DNA of 62,299 bases, counting the filler, from Choristocarpus tenellus KU-1152 (taxonomy: Eukaryota > Protista > Phaeophyceae): assembly GCA_964200185.2 (NCBI GenBank). It is 9 parts of 9 records of this genome, joined end to end, with 100 filler letters (N's around TTAATTAATTAA, not from the genome) between each part and the next. Parts side by side here need not be neighbours in the genome. Positions count along the whole stretch, not along the records: positions 1 to 17,861 come from CAXNAD020000617.1; 8 more parts are not named here. One strand, written 5' to 3'. The position numbers and the translations under genes were made by a program. The notes under the pieces were generated by a model. The model worked only from the letters and a program-made list of their open reading frames with translations, did no database searches and was not told the origin of the DNA. This document shows, in pieces, positions 1-13,900 of this stretch (positions within the stretch are counted from its first letter, which is position 1; every line of letters starts with the position of its first letter).

Positions 1-65
1 ATGGGAAGGCAAGCCCCAAATGGACAAAAAGGGCAAAACTCGTACCCTCTAAGATACTTTCACTC
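1..65 (+). mobile_element. MITE family A, partial (right end)
   Basis: Ends ...CCCCAAATGGAC...TACCCTCTAAGATACTTTCACTC, the same terminus as the full ~257-bp copies at 43365-43621 and 43796-44053. Confidence 0.9.
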
Positions 66-940
66 ATTATTTATGTAAAGGGGCCTGGTTCTGTGTGATG
101 TGGGGTGATGAGAACCACCAGGGATGAGGTTCAGAAAGGAAGTGAAAGATGAGACTGAGGCATGTTGGGTGTATGTTGACAACTCAGAGTGCCATGTGGA
201 TCAATCTTCAATGTAATCGGTTGTGATCAGCCAGAACAGAAAACACAATCTCGACTTTGGTGGTTTGAATCCACCGCTCATGTCGGGGTTACCGTGTGCC
301 AGTCGTGCGTCTGACCCACAACACATTACTTGCCCTGATCTCAATCACAAAAGGTGACGCGCGCAAATGTATATGACCGCGTGTATTATCTTCATCAATG
401 TCAGAGATCCCAAAAGAGGTGACCTGTCCCACCTCAAATTTTATTAATGCTGTAGGGACTTCTTTCAAGTCATGATCAAGCGAACAACACACTACTACTA
501 ACTACACTTATCATATTATTGCGTAACTGTTGGACTACTATTGGTACGGATGGAACTGATATGTAGACAGACATACGGCCGTAACCCTTGTAATTCTTGC
601 TTGTACCAGATACAAAAATATACGAGGTGAAAGCTGTGAGGGCAAGGAGCATCTGGTGGTATGAGAGAAAACTTGAACTTTCTTTAGGTAGTACATGATA
701 TGAGGCTATTATGTCAGGTATTTTGAGATTTCTGTAATGAGGTGGAAACTACACATTGCTGGGGAAAACTGCAATATTTCAAGGTTTACACAAGAAACCA
801 AGAGTATACTGGAAGAAGTTGCATGTGATTGGTCCTGCTGGGAGTGATACGCACATACATGTCGTGAAATACAGCATTTCATGTTGGGGTAGTAATAAGT
901 ATTTGGAAGTATTTGGCGTGCAAGGCATGAAAAGCAAAGC

Positions 941-1145
941 GAGCACAGATATTTGGTGAGTTTCGCTCATGAATCAATAGTAGGTATCCCTGTGTGCTGC
1001 AGCGTGGGACTGATCTTCCATGCCTTGTTCATTGATATTTGCTCACTGAAGAATTGAAAGTATTGAAGTATTCTGAACTCATACAGGCAAAGAGAGAGAA
1101 AGCACAGATATTTGGTGCGTTTACTCATTAATAAATAGATGTATT
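941..1145 (+). repeat. Diverged direct repeat pair (~45 bp, AGCACAGATATTTGGTG...)
   Basis: agcacagatatttggtgagtttcgctcatgaatcaatag at ~942 versus agcacagatatttggtgcgtttactcattaataaatag at ~1101. Confidence 0.7.
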
Positions 1146-1416
1146 ATGAGTTTCCTCTCCCCCAGCTCGCTCTCTTCATCGTCCTAGGTCGCAATTCAGC
1201 TTTAACTCCTTTATTAGAACACATTTGGCAGCTTTACTCAAGACTAGCAACTTGGACTTCAAAGACAAAAAGTATCCCCACTAGGATCCTCTGAGCTTTC
1301 CATTTCACGACTCTCAACACGCATCGATAATTTGTGAGGGGGTGGACTTGAGCTTCGCCTTGATCCACCCTGTCATAGAGTTCTCGGAAACCCAACCGTG
1401 AAACCCTGTGCGAGAT

Positions 1417-1418
<2 letters not shown>

Positions 1419-1447
<29 letters not shown>
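1419..1447. repeat. (TA)n microsatellite
   Basis: Direct reading. Confidence 0.95.
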
Positions 1448-4400
1448 CATAAACGACTTGAACTGTGTGAATCTGAGACCGTTGTGTACCCCCACAGTTC
1501 TCAGATACTATGTCGAAGGATCCCTTGCTAGTTGGGCGTCATCAGACCGAGATTATTCCCAGCATGATCGGACAATCCCCAAATCGATTTATCAACTTCT
1601 AGTCCGCCCCGTGTAACCCCTGCAAGGAGCCTGGCCTTTCCAATCCACCACGTTGTGACCATACATCTGAACAGGTTTGGTAGTTGCGAGATACGATGAA
1701 AGATACTAAAATTTCTACCAAAAAAAACATAGAAATCATTTTTGTGTGTTGGAAGAAATTTGAAATTTTGGAGACACATTTTTAATGTATAGATAGGTGC
1801 CCAAGTTACACGGACGCAAAAACAGATAACAAGTAGGTGGGTTGATCCTTCTTGTTGTGGGAGTAACGTGTATGGGGTGAGGGGTTGAGGTGGGTTGGAA
1901 TTCCGTGATCAGCAGTACGGGGTAGGGAGATTGATACCTATCATGTGCTTTCAACCCACATCAAGTGATACCCTTGTTTTGAAACTATTGGTTAGGGTTT
2001 CAGGTTTACATTGCTTAAACGAGTGACTAAGCAGGTTGAAATTATGATACGACGTGATCGACTGTTGACAAGTGCTGTCGAATATGCGGATGTGGTATCC
2101 GTCCCTGTGCTTGATGTTGAAGTAACATTGCTGATGAACTTGATGACCTTCAGTAGTTCGAGCAGACAGGTTGATTGTGATGACCAAAAAATAAGATCCC
2201 AGAAATTTCATCCTACCAAGCTTACAAATATCGAACGTGGACGATAACGATTTCCTTACCTGCACAAAAAATCTACTGTTCTGTGGTGTACCTTCTAGGA
2301 ACCTCATCCAAACGAAGATTTGATGTCGTCTCAAGCCGACCTTCTCCTCCAACTTCGGGAACTTCCTGGTTGCAGCACCCTTGTGAGTCCCTGTTTATAT
2401 CGTTCATTGTGCATTTGTCACGACCATATCTCCCTTGCGTCTCACCTTATGCTGTCTTCTTGCAGACAGATGCAGACCTCAATGAACTACGGTGGCGCAC
2501 AAAACAGCGGGTTATCCTTGCCTTATTGGCTGAGGTGAGAAGTCAACTTACGTATGCAAATTGTGGATGGTCATAATGGTGGAGACCCTTGCCCTTGAAA
2601 TTGTATTTCCTAACTGTTGATGAGGTCGACCAGGGATCGATTTGAACGGTTGTTTACATGTGATTTACAGTTGTGATGCCCCTCCCTCATACCTTCCACC
2701 ACGTGCTACACCGTTGAATCTTGGCTGGGCATTTACTCTGAGTTGATTCAATGGAACTTATTTCCTAAGTCTTTAAACCACCTCTTGCCGCACCACCACT
2801 GTGTGACAGAATAAGGTGAAACAAAGTCGGATCGCCATCAATGTTGTGTTTCCGTGTATTTGAGTTTCTTTCATCAAGAAGGTAGTAGTGGCGTGTGTGT
2901 TTGTGTGTAACCTCAAACTTCTATTATAAAATCAGAAGAGTATTACATTTTACTCCGGACTACATGGTATCTCATAATACCGGTTGCCCATTACACGTGC
3001 AACTATCACTTCGCTGATTGCCTTCTCCACCGTCCTCCTGCCCAGATCCCAGAAGGAAGACACGTAGTGGTGGAATGCACTAAACTCCAGGCAGAACGCA
3101 GCAGGTCTCGTAAGGTGTGTTAGTGCCTCCAGATAATAATGTTTTAAAGAGAGAGACTTGCAGGTATCATAAGGCACACTCTGTTGGGTCATGCTTTGTA
3201 CACAGCAGCACAAAACCTGAATTGGAGGAGCTAGTGTATCTGTTAGCTTGCAGTATCCCTTGAGCAACCCACACCCCAACATGGGAAATGTGTAGATGTT
3301 CTCAAGAGGTACTTGCCTGACGTACCCTGTTGGTCATGTGTTGTTGGGATTGATCTCTGATGCCTGGAGGTGCGCGTTGGGTTCATCTCGCTTGCTTGAG
3401 TCGATGGAGACCTTTAGATCTATTATTGTAGCGCATGTGACAAGCAAGGCTTGGCAGCTATGGGTATTTAGTACATCGGGCTAGTAAGAGAATTGAATTG
3501 CCCTTGTGTGTTGGGTATGGTGGGATAGATCAATAGAACAATGGAGACCCTTACCGAGCTAAAAAACGGAGGCCGGTGCCCCTGCCAACCTCCATTATCC
3601 CTGTGCAATGGAATTGCTCAAACAGACACCTGGTGTTATTACATCTTGCCTTGAGACCGTGAACAAGTTGGGCTGATTTGAGAACACAGTGTTCCCCCTA
3701 GTCCAACTTTCTTTTTTTTGCTTGTGATAAGAGAGCTGTTTGCCGCAGCTGTGACACATAGTACTAATTTCCCCAACAAGATGTGCCCTGTTTTACCCGA
3801 AGACCGCTGCCAGTCAAGTGCAGGCAACAGATGAGTACCTAGACCTTGATTGGTCCCTTTCCCCTTACCCTACTCCTCTGTCTACACCATCCCCAATGGC
3901 CCCTTATCAAAGGAGGAGAGAGCTGCTGGGGCGATGCCTGAGGTGGGGCGGAAGGCAGAAGATCAGTTCAGAGAGGCCTTCTTCCGTGTGGTAGCTGGGG
4001 CTCTGGGGCACATGGGGGCTGCTCCAGCGCTCTCAGGCCCCAAGAGGCTCAATGCTGACACTGGGGTGTGTCTGAGGTGCTCAAATAACTGATGGAACAT
4101 CAATGAATAGCTCCACACTTGTATAGAAAGATAATTTTTTTGTCAAGAATATTTTCCTTTTTTTACTGTTTTTTCTACACCTTCCTCCACCTCCTCCCCT
4201 CCCCCCCCTTCAAATTTGTGTTTGGGTGTTTTTTGGTTGTTGACAGTCTTTGTTTGGTCTACGCCGTGTCTCCCAAGTGTGTTGCCCTTATGTCATTGCT
4301 ACGAGACGTCTTTGCTACGAGATGGCTGTGGTGAATGTTGCCGTGCTCCACCAACCCGCCTGCCAAGTGCTGTGTAGATATCAGCTTCTTCTTTTCTTCT

Positions 4401-4907
4401 CTTAGTAGGTTGAAAAATCGATCAGTTTTCAGAGCAGTTAATACAGTTGCTGGGATCCTCGTCTTACAGACTGGACTGGTCCGACCTCTTTAATAGTTCT
4501 GTCAAACTCTCTCCACTAGCTTCCTTGGTGCTTGGTAGAACAAACGATTTCCACAGCCTAACCGGTTGGATCCGTTGACTATGTGCCTTTTTGTCCTCTC
4601 CCCGAAACGACACGACTTGCCTTTCTGTTAAGTCACTCTATCCTCCTGAACAATGCGTGTGCTGGTGAACATAGTAGAACGCTAAAGGCGTGGCGGGGTA
4701 CTAATTAATTCAATGAATTTTGTGCTACACAGGTGGGACTCTCTTTTTCTTGTTTTTGTTTTTGTTTTTGTTTGGTATTTTGAAATCTGTCCCTTTTCTG
4801 TTTCGAATGCGTTTGTTTGGAAATAAATTTAGCAGCGTGGTTGGCCGAAAACGCGATTCCAGACCGTAGAAGGCGTGCTCCAATATTTTTTATCTTGCGT
4901 GTCCAAA

Positions 4908-7900
4908 ATGGATCCAGAGATAGGATACGATTATCGACCTTGTGCCCCATCCCCCGAACACCCAAGCACACACACTTTGTGGTTGGGTAACCCGGAGCTG
5001 ACAGCTGAACTCCCTCACCAACTTCCAACCCACCTGATCGGTGTCACAAGGGCGATTGGCTTCCTAGCAGCGAGGGCGCAAGGACGGCAGAGAAGAAAGA
5101 ATAGTCCTTCCATCACAGCAGCTAAGTTCAATGGCAGCCCTGGGGCCGATGTTAGCGTTGGGAAGGTGATTGCCCCACACCTTGGAGTACATTCCAGTGA
5201 CCCTGACTTGGATGGTCCGACACAGTGCCAACGCCTCAGTCTCCGGAGAACCAGAACTGGGGATCGCCCCGTGTTGAAATCAGGGGGTGTATCCTCATCT
5301 AGTGCTGTTGGGGGGGAAATGGCCGGCGAGCAAGTTGCAAGGAGTGCAAACTGGAGTCACCAGGGTGTGCGAGTTCGAGGTAGTGGTGGGAGGGGTGTGA
5401 CCCAGGGCAAGCGGTCACCGCCAGGGTCTGTTGTGTGTGACACCATTTTGTCTGCTTCTTCTGTGGTCCCAGGTGGGGTTGATGGGGATGGAATGGGCCA
5501 TGGGGGATCACGATTGACAGCTGAGGCTTTTGGTGAACCACCAGTGACTGAGGGAGGTGATGAAGCTCTGTGTGCAGTTTACCTCTCCTGCGAGGGGAGT
5601 CTAAGTGGGAGCACCAGGAGGGATGGTGGGCTTGGGAGAGGGGGTGGGACTGGAGGGATTCAGCAGCAGGATCAGCTTCAGTGTAGGGATCAGAGTCAAC
5701 CATTGGTCTGCAGTCAAGACCGAGCAGGGCAGAGGCTGGGGCCCAATAATGAGAGAGATACAGGGCAAACACTTAGGGGAAAACAAGAAGGAGTGGCAGC
5801 AGCAGCAGTAACAGCAGCAGCAGGAGGAGGAGAAAGGGGAGGAAGAAGAAGAACAGGAGGAGGAAAGTCTGTGTGGGGAACAGATACGGGGGATATCGTC
5901 AAGGTTGACCTCCATGACAGTAGACCAAAGGGTGTTGATGTCAATCTTGATGTGAAGCATGGTGCAGACAGAGAGGGAGAAGGAGAGGGAGAGGGAGAGG
6001 GAGTCAGGGATAGGGAGGGAAGGTGCATAGACAGGCAGGGTAGGCATTCGCTGGTACAACCAGTTGGTGTCAGTCTCACCAATGATGCAAGTGGTTACCT
6101 GGGGATTGAGATGGGAAGACTGAGCAATATGGGGATGACAGCAAGAGAGGTCGGGTTGGGAGCAAGGAGTGATGGAATAGACTTGGATGGGTGAGTAAAT
6201 GAAGTACATGGAGGGGAGCTTGGGGGTCTTGAAGGGTCCTGTGGGCAACAACACAATTCTCTCAGGGTCAAGTTGTGCCTTGTTCACTGCTTACTGCTAG
6301 TCTCCTGGGTAGTGCATGTATCTGTTCTGGGGTAAGAGACATGTTTTGAATACTTTTCTCAACTAGTGCAATGAAACAGCCGTGGGAGGAAGTGAAGGAG
6401 GATTGTTGCATTTTAAGCACAGTCCCTCGACGTGTTTTCTCCTTTGAGCAGTAGATTGCTGTTGGTCCTTCAAGTATTTCTGTTCTGCTGTTGCATATAC
6501 TATATTCTGTAGTAGGTGAGCATCGCGGATTGATGGTGCACTTTGAAGTCGCCTTATTGGGTACATGAATTGAAACAAGACTGTTGGGAAAGAGAGAGGA
6601 GAACTGCCACAAGCTTACCATAGCCCCCCCCCCCCCTCTCAACTGCTCCCCACCTTCTGTATGTTTCTGTTGTATCGCATCCCGCCAACATGTATGTGGT
6701 GTTTGCAATGATAAAATCGGGATTTGTATGCCTACGTTTGGTGCATACTATGTGCCCTCATGGTGGTCAAAATGTGGAGAGGCGTAAATTACATTTGGGA
6801 CAATAATTGAACAAAAATGTTGTCTTCCTAATTTTTACAACTCCTAGCTTACAATTTGTAATAACTCTGATTGTCCACAGGACAGTAAACCGGATGAACA
6901 GGGGAACCAAGGCGGCCGTGGTCGCCAAGGGTCGAGGGACAGGTGGAGTCACCGTTCAGGAGGTAGGTTTCCTTCAGGAGGAGAACATTCGTCTCAAACA
7001 GAGGGTGGAAGAGCTGCTGGTGCTGAGCAATGCCCTGATGGACCAGGGTGGTGATGGTGGTGCCAATGGCAGGAGTGGAGGTGGTACAAACAGAAGTACA
7101 AGTGGGTTGGCAGTGAATAGAGGGTTCAGGAATGAGGTTGGGGGGGGGGGTGGCGCTGGCGGCAGTGTTTTGTTGAACGAGGCCATTCTTCGAGGGCAGG
7201 TGGCACAGCTGAGGCGACAGGTGCAACTTCAGTGGTGTGCGGTGGATGCCAGTTCGAGCGTGACTCGGGAGGTACGGTGATGTGTGTATGTGTGTATGTG
7301 TGTATGTGTGTATGTGTGTATGTGTGTATGTGTGTATGTGTGTATGTGTGTTTTGTTGTACTCCTAGTACTTTGCGATCTTCTGCATATTCAAACTCTTT
7401 CGTGCTCTGCTTGGGTAGCGTAGTTCCCCTCCTCAGTTTCTCCTTCCGTACAGTGTACTTTGAAGTAATAGAGTAGAGTGGTTGATCGTGGCTGTGATTG
7501 CAAAACACAGGGTCTCGGTTGCAAACAGTCACAGTCCTGCTGTCCTCTCCACTGAGCCCCGTCCCAATCCCAGGATTGGCTGCCTGTAGTGATGCTCGAA
7601 CTTTTTGTCAACCTGCCAATGCATGCATGCACAATATCTGTGCCTCTCTCAGGTTAAAAGAGTTCTGTCTCACCTTGAACATACTCTTTCTGAAATAACC
7701 TCCCTTGGAGAGGTGGGGGAGGAGGGCACCTCAATTGCGACAACTGCAAACCTGTCTAGTGCAAAAATTTCTAGAGCCCCATCAGCCCCATTGAAACTGA
7801 AGGGTGGGACAGTTGAGGGAGGGAGGGGAGGGGTGGGTGGGAGTGTGGCACAACCTGCATGGTCTCAGCTTCAAGAGCAAGTTCAGAAGCTCGCAAGGTG

Positions 7901-10900
7901 AAGTGAAGGCTGCTTTTCTAGTGAACAAGGAGAGGAATGCCATGAGCTTTGGGCACACCAAAGTGTACATATCTAGAGTACATTCTATCTAGTACAAAGT
8001 AAACGATCTTCAAGAAAGGGCTAATAGTGGGTATACTGCCCACCTGCTCTCCTTGCTTTTCTGACTACTGTGTCGATAGTATTGAGTTTGTTCCTCCCAG
8101 TTCTCGCTGTGCATGAACACACCTAAAGAATATCCTTGATGTTTTTAACTTTGGTATGACACATGCTCTTGTGACTTCAAAAGAACCATGTCTCTCTCCT
8201 TCCTCAGGTTACTTTTCTGACCAACCCTCAAGTCTCAGGCTCAGATCCCAATCCATTCCCTTCCCTACCGACATAGTCCTATCCCCATTGTTGTGAAATA
8301 TGGTTGTGTACAAGAGCATTGTGAATGTTGAGATGTCAACTAACTTCTAGTATCCTTTGACACCCAGGCAGGTGGTGTGGGCAGAGAGGGCAGCCCAGAG
8401 GGCAGCTGAGGGTCGTCTACACGTGAGCGCTCAGAGTGGTGAGGTCTTGACCCTCCAAATAGGTGTTGCATGTTGATGCCTAGGAAGCACTGCCTCAAAT
8501 CGTCACCCTGACCTTACTTACTGTTGGCGGCTGGACACTATTATCAATGATAATGATTGCAATGAAGGGTTAATTTGATTTGTCTGAAGCGAGGGGTGGG
8601 GGGGGGGTATTGAAGATTTTCTTAGCATAGGGAGAGCCTTGCTTCATTGCCGGTGATGTAGAGGCTAGGTGATTGCCCAAGGGCGATTCTGTCCTTTGGT
8701 TGGAGTCGTTTTAGTCCTCCGAAAGGTTTAAATAGAACTCTCTTGACTGCGTCCTAGCCATCTGTTGATGTGCAAGATTCGAGAGCTAGTGGTACTTGAA
8801 GGCCTCTCATTGGTATATCTTCTATATTGTTGGTGAAAACAGAGTGTGTTTACACAATCTCTCCGCCTCCGTTTACACACTATTTTGTCTTTCAACTGCA
8901 CTTTCTCCTTCTTCCGGCTATCAGAATGTGACCACATCATTTCAACTCAGCGCAATGTAAGAATGAGCAAGTGCTAATTCTTTGGAGAGACCCTTGGTCT
9001 TCTGCATCCTTAGCCGGTTGACACTGCTCCCTGACCCCCAGTGATTCTTCCCTTTACAACCTCTCCCTCTAACCTTACCATCCCTCCCTCCCTAGTTGTA
9101 TCGTATCCATCTCACCTATTCTCCTCTATTTGCCGGACCGCAACAACTTTCTGATCTGGACACCTACTCACTCACATGCTCTTCATATGATTGACCCAAC
9201 AGGAAATTTCCTGCATGGATCCAGTCATCAACGTCGCCCCCGCGACCTCCGCATGCGGGCCCTTGACGCTGATCACTTCACACGCCCGCCGCCTTCCCAT
9301 GGTACAGCCCACCAGAATCTTGGTGATGGGCCAGTGGAGGGCTACACCCCGGTTTTATCCACAGACACCTCTTCTCCCAACCTCAACCCTGTGCGTATGT
9401 GTGCTCCCACATCAAGACATGTCCATGTTACAAGGGGGAAGGATCAGGATGACAGGGTCAGCAAGGAGCCATGGAAGGCAGAGGGCGAGAATGTCCTCTC
9501 GAGCATGGGGTGGTCAAAAGAAGATGACACGTCTCGTGGTTTGGGCTTCGCTGGAGAAGCAGACCAGTCAACAGGGGGGGGAGGGGCTAAGGAAACAACT
9601 GGTCTGAATTTTGTTGCCAGAGGCGAGGTAATCCCTGCTTCCCATGCGTCCATGCAGGAGTTGTATCACCTGGATGCAGTATCAGTTGCAGGGTTTGAGG
9701 AGGCCGCATCTGCGGTAATGCATGCCCTGGAGGGTCTGCTAGCAAGATTGTCCGGTGCAGGGGCTACCCTATCCCTTCTGCTGCCTGGTTCAGACGAGGA
9801 AGGTCTGGCAGAGGCTGTTCTCAGGGTGCGTGATCGCATTCGAGGACTGGTTCTGGCGGGGACTGCCCTCGGTGCGGTCGTTCCATGTGCGCCACACGGG
9901 GCTGGTGAGGAGATGAGGGAAGAGAGGGTGGCTGACTGTGGTTATTTGGGGCAGACTTGCTGGAATAGGTGGGACTGGGTTGTAGGGAGAGGGTGACACA
10001 CTGTCCAGGCTTTCGCCTGTTCAGCAGGCCGGACCCCCTGCTTTTGGGATGAGGTGGATGTATTTGGTGTAGATGCCCAACCCCCATGAGCATGTCAAAT
10101 TTCTACTCGCAAGTTCTACCTCACTCCCCCACCCAGTTTTCGGTCTCTAAGGCCACCTACCTCATAGACACAATATTTTTGCAGTGTCATTGTACATGTA
10201 CTTGTTTGACTGAGAGACCCAGATTTAGTTCCACTTAAAAATAGTACCTTCCCTCTTCCTGTCAGTTTTTGTTTACATACAGTAAATGCTACCAATCCGA
10301 AAAAATACTCATTACTTTGAAGCGTAAAATACTACGTTGAAGCTGGTAAGGATGGAGCACGTGATGTCAATTGTTGACCAAAGAGATGGCTTGGCTATGG
10401 GAAGTAAACCGAACCTGTAGTGAGTTGCCCTGATTCTTCCCTGTCTACTTCCCTAACCCTCCACTCTACACCTGTATCATAGCATTAGAATTCCTGCCCC
10501 CCCAACAATCCCATACCTCTCACTACCCTGTCGAATGGAACTATCTATACACCCCTTTTGTGACCCCAGGCGCTCTTTCGGAGGGCGAGGATGGGCCTTA
10601 CATACGCCTCCTTGCTGGGATTAAACTAGCAGGGGGGCGGGACAATGCCTTCAGGCTGTCGGCATTGATTCGGAGACTGACTGGGGAGAGGGAGGGCCTC
10701 AGGGCAGTGGCTAGGGCCAGTGCTACGGAGGCAGAGATGTGGCGGGCATCGGCACGGAGTCAGGGGGCAGCTCTGCAGGCTTTGGCACAGGCATGCCTTG
10801 TAGTGATGGCATTAAGAAATTTTAAGAAGTGCTACCTCTGTACATCAACGTTTCATCATGAGCCACACACAGGAAGGGGGGTTTGTTGTGTCAGTTGAAG

Positions 10901-13900
10901 TAACACATCCTGGCTTAGGGGAGGGGCACAGTGTAGTGACCAACAAGTTTCAGGGGCCATTTATTTGTGTGCTGGGGACAGAGGTGTTTGGAGGCTATGA
11001 CCAGTTTGTTGGCTTTTTCCCACACATAATCCTTTAAGGTGGGATTTTGTATTTTTCCACTTCAAAAATGAGTTGTCTCAGGTGTGGTTTGATGATGATG
11101 TAAGACACAAGAAAATCAGCACATACTACACTTGCTTCCTTGGTCGGTTCATGCACATCATACATAGAGTTTGAAAAACACCTACTAAAAACCTCAACCG
11201 ACCAAAATCTTGACTATGTGCCTTCCTCACTGTGCTCTAGCAAGAGCTCCTTCTTTTAGCTGCCCTGCTTGCTGTGCTTATCTCAACAGTCTCTTCTTCA
11301 CAACCCCAATGCCTCATTACAACCTGCCCACACCAAATTTCACTATCAAAGTTAGTCCATTCACCTGGTATAGTACTTAACACTTGTCAAGACTCCCAAC
11401 ACACTACCCTCATTGTACAACACACACAGATTCATGCCCCCCCTACATCCATCCTCATCACCCCATACTCCCGCCCATCCCCTCTCACTGCCTTCCACTT
11501 CCAGGGTTTGCGGCGAGCATGGGTGGTTCATGGGAAACAAGTTGCAGCCTTGGCTCGCCCCCTCTCAGTCATTCTGGGGGCCCTGCGACCATTACTTGTG
11601 TCACCAGAGGCAACAAGCATCAAGCAAGGCCGGGCAGGGGCTGCTGCTGCTGCATTATTGGAGGCTTTGGTTGGTTTTGAGCCTGACCTAGAAGAAGCTT
11701 TGCAGGGTTGCAATGCACATCGCCAACATGCTGAGGACGATTTCTCAAGACTGTGGTCAGATTTTAAGAAGGCGTGCTCATTTGCTGATGCTGCTAGTAC
11801 AGGATAGGGGGGGGCATGTGGCAGGGGGATGCAAGTGTATGGCACACTTTCCCGCCGAGTGCTGCTATTTTGTGTGTGTACGATATATTTTACAAGGTCT
11901 CATTTTACTCTGATGTGAGAAAAGTACTGGACACCATTGTCATATCAGGTGCAATCTGTCCAAACCGCTTGTGTTCACCTTTATCAGGTGATCATGTTCT
12001 TCCGGAAGACATGAGGCACGGCAATATTACCAAACTCTCATTTTTAAAAACACTCCGAAGAGGATCAATTTTACATGCATGAGTAGTTCCACTGTTGTAA
12101 GCAATAAACGATAATTAATTTTGTTGTATATTTGTTGTTTGGACTTAGATGTAAAATATTACTCTGTTAATAAAGCATTTATTTGAGATCTGTAAGAGTA
12201 AAAAAAAAAGTTGCAGCTGTACCTGTAAAACCTGCTTGCTGTTGATTCAACTTTTGCAAGCATATCCATGTTCTACATTCCAAAACGTTTTCACTTCACC
12301 AGGAATGGATTTTGGACATGTGCAAAGATATGAGTTGAGAAGAGAGGATGCTAACATAGGCTGTTGCATCTGGTTTAGCGTAGATTATTCCAACACATCT
12401 CAAGCATCTACACAAGGCTCTCTAGGATATGTAGGGGCAGTATATATCTACAGCCATGTATGTGTGTTTGTACTCCGGAGTAACCAAAAATGCTTTCCAA
12501 TCCCAAAAACAAACCTATGTAAAATTAATACATGATCCATATACTGTACACACGCTTGGAGCATTACAACTAAATAAACACAATATGCAACCACCCACCG
12601 AAATCCATCTCAACAAAGCGTCCAACTTCTTATGAGTACACACACGCCCCACCTGTGGTCGCTTTCCACTCCCTTTGACTATTTACACTTCGAAGCAAAT
12701 AGAAAGTACATGGAAAAATTCGAGGCTACACTGTCGCAGAGGCTATTCCATACATTTTATTGGGCCGGACTTCAACGCGTTTGAGGTGTGCTGCAGACAA
12801 TAATACTGTGCGTGACAAAGCTCCCTGATCAATTACTGTACACATTTCGTTGGCAGAGAGGATTAGGGGGGGGCCACTCCAAGGCAAGGGGGCAGGAGAA
12901 TCAGATGCCGAGGGTTTGGATGAGGATAAGTGTGGGTATGAATGCGCCAGTGCATACTTGTTGAGCTTACAGATGCCTTGGTTGAGCACATCTCGTGACA
13001 CCTGCATTGTAAGGAATAGGGGAGCCTGGGAGTAGAGATAGGACATACATGCAGAAATGGAAGGGTGAATGAATGATTTGAGGACATGGAAGGAAACACT
13101 ATATTTGGCTGGGCATATGAAGTGTGGAGGAGGGCAGTGTCTCTTCAGGGGGAGAGGCAGGAGTAGGTTCAGGTGTGTTCAAAGATGAAAAGAGGATAGC
13201 ATGCTGTATGATGTGCAGAGTGTGTAGGATGAGAGGAAGGTAGTGTTGAAGAGAAATAGGTTAGTTCAAGCTGTACTATGGGTTTGGCAGTAAGGACTAA
13301 AGAAAGCAGGCTCTACATGTTTTGTAACCTGAGAAAGTATCTACTCCAACTTTTAGTGCCCTAAACACACACATCTTTCAACACGGCTATCAGTCCTAGT
13401 TATGAGGGGGGGGGGGGATTGAACTCATGCAGGTCGATTTCAACTCTGTCCTTGTAGACTGCTGTTACATTAAGTAACCATACACTATTTCCGAACATGT
13501 TGCAACCTGTGGCATTATTGCCATATCAAGACAAATACTGTTGTGGCACCTACACAGAACAGGTTAACATGGAAACACGGCACATTTGAAAATGAAACTG
13601 TAACCTGAGAAAGCAGGCCTCACCTGTGCAATCAACATATACAGATAGTGAACATACTAACATGCACAATTCAACAAACCTACGGAAGACATAACATAGA
13701 GGTGGGGTGCAACCAGAAGGATATCGCTACACACCAAACATGCAACTGCGCCAGCATAGGGCTGAAAATCACCCCCCCCTGATGCGTTAAAACAAGAATC
13801 AATATGCGATAGAAAATTAGGATGACTCTCTCTATATACATAGTTCTCTTTACAACACCACAAGAGCTTCTCACTCTTCAACAATTTTCTCTTTGCCCAA

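Larger units (their letters stand above)
67..3480 (-). pseudogene. Possible heavily degenerate LTR-retrotransposon (gag/protease-like) relic
   Basis: Many short broken minus-strand ORFs (289-492, 1234-1419, 1951-2352, 2950-3282) without splice-consistent exon structure. No diagnostic motif was firmly recognised. Confidence 0.25.

Noticed and set aside
3850-4092. GC-rich exon-like patch upstream of the orphan gene
   Set aside because: No phase-consistent connection or recognisable homology on either strand.
5299-7532. Long antisense ORFs (5299-5772, 5601-6287, 5714-6082, 6849-7532)
   Set aside because: Shadows of G-rich sense exons and of the (TGTGTA)n microsatellite.
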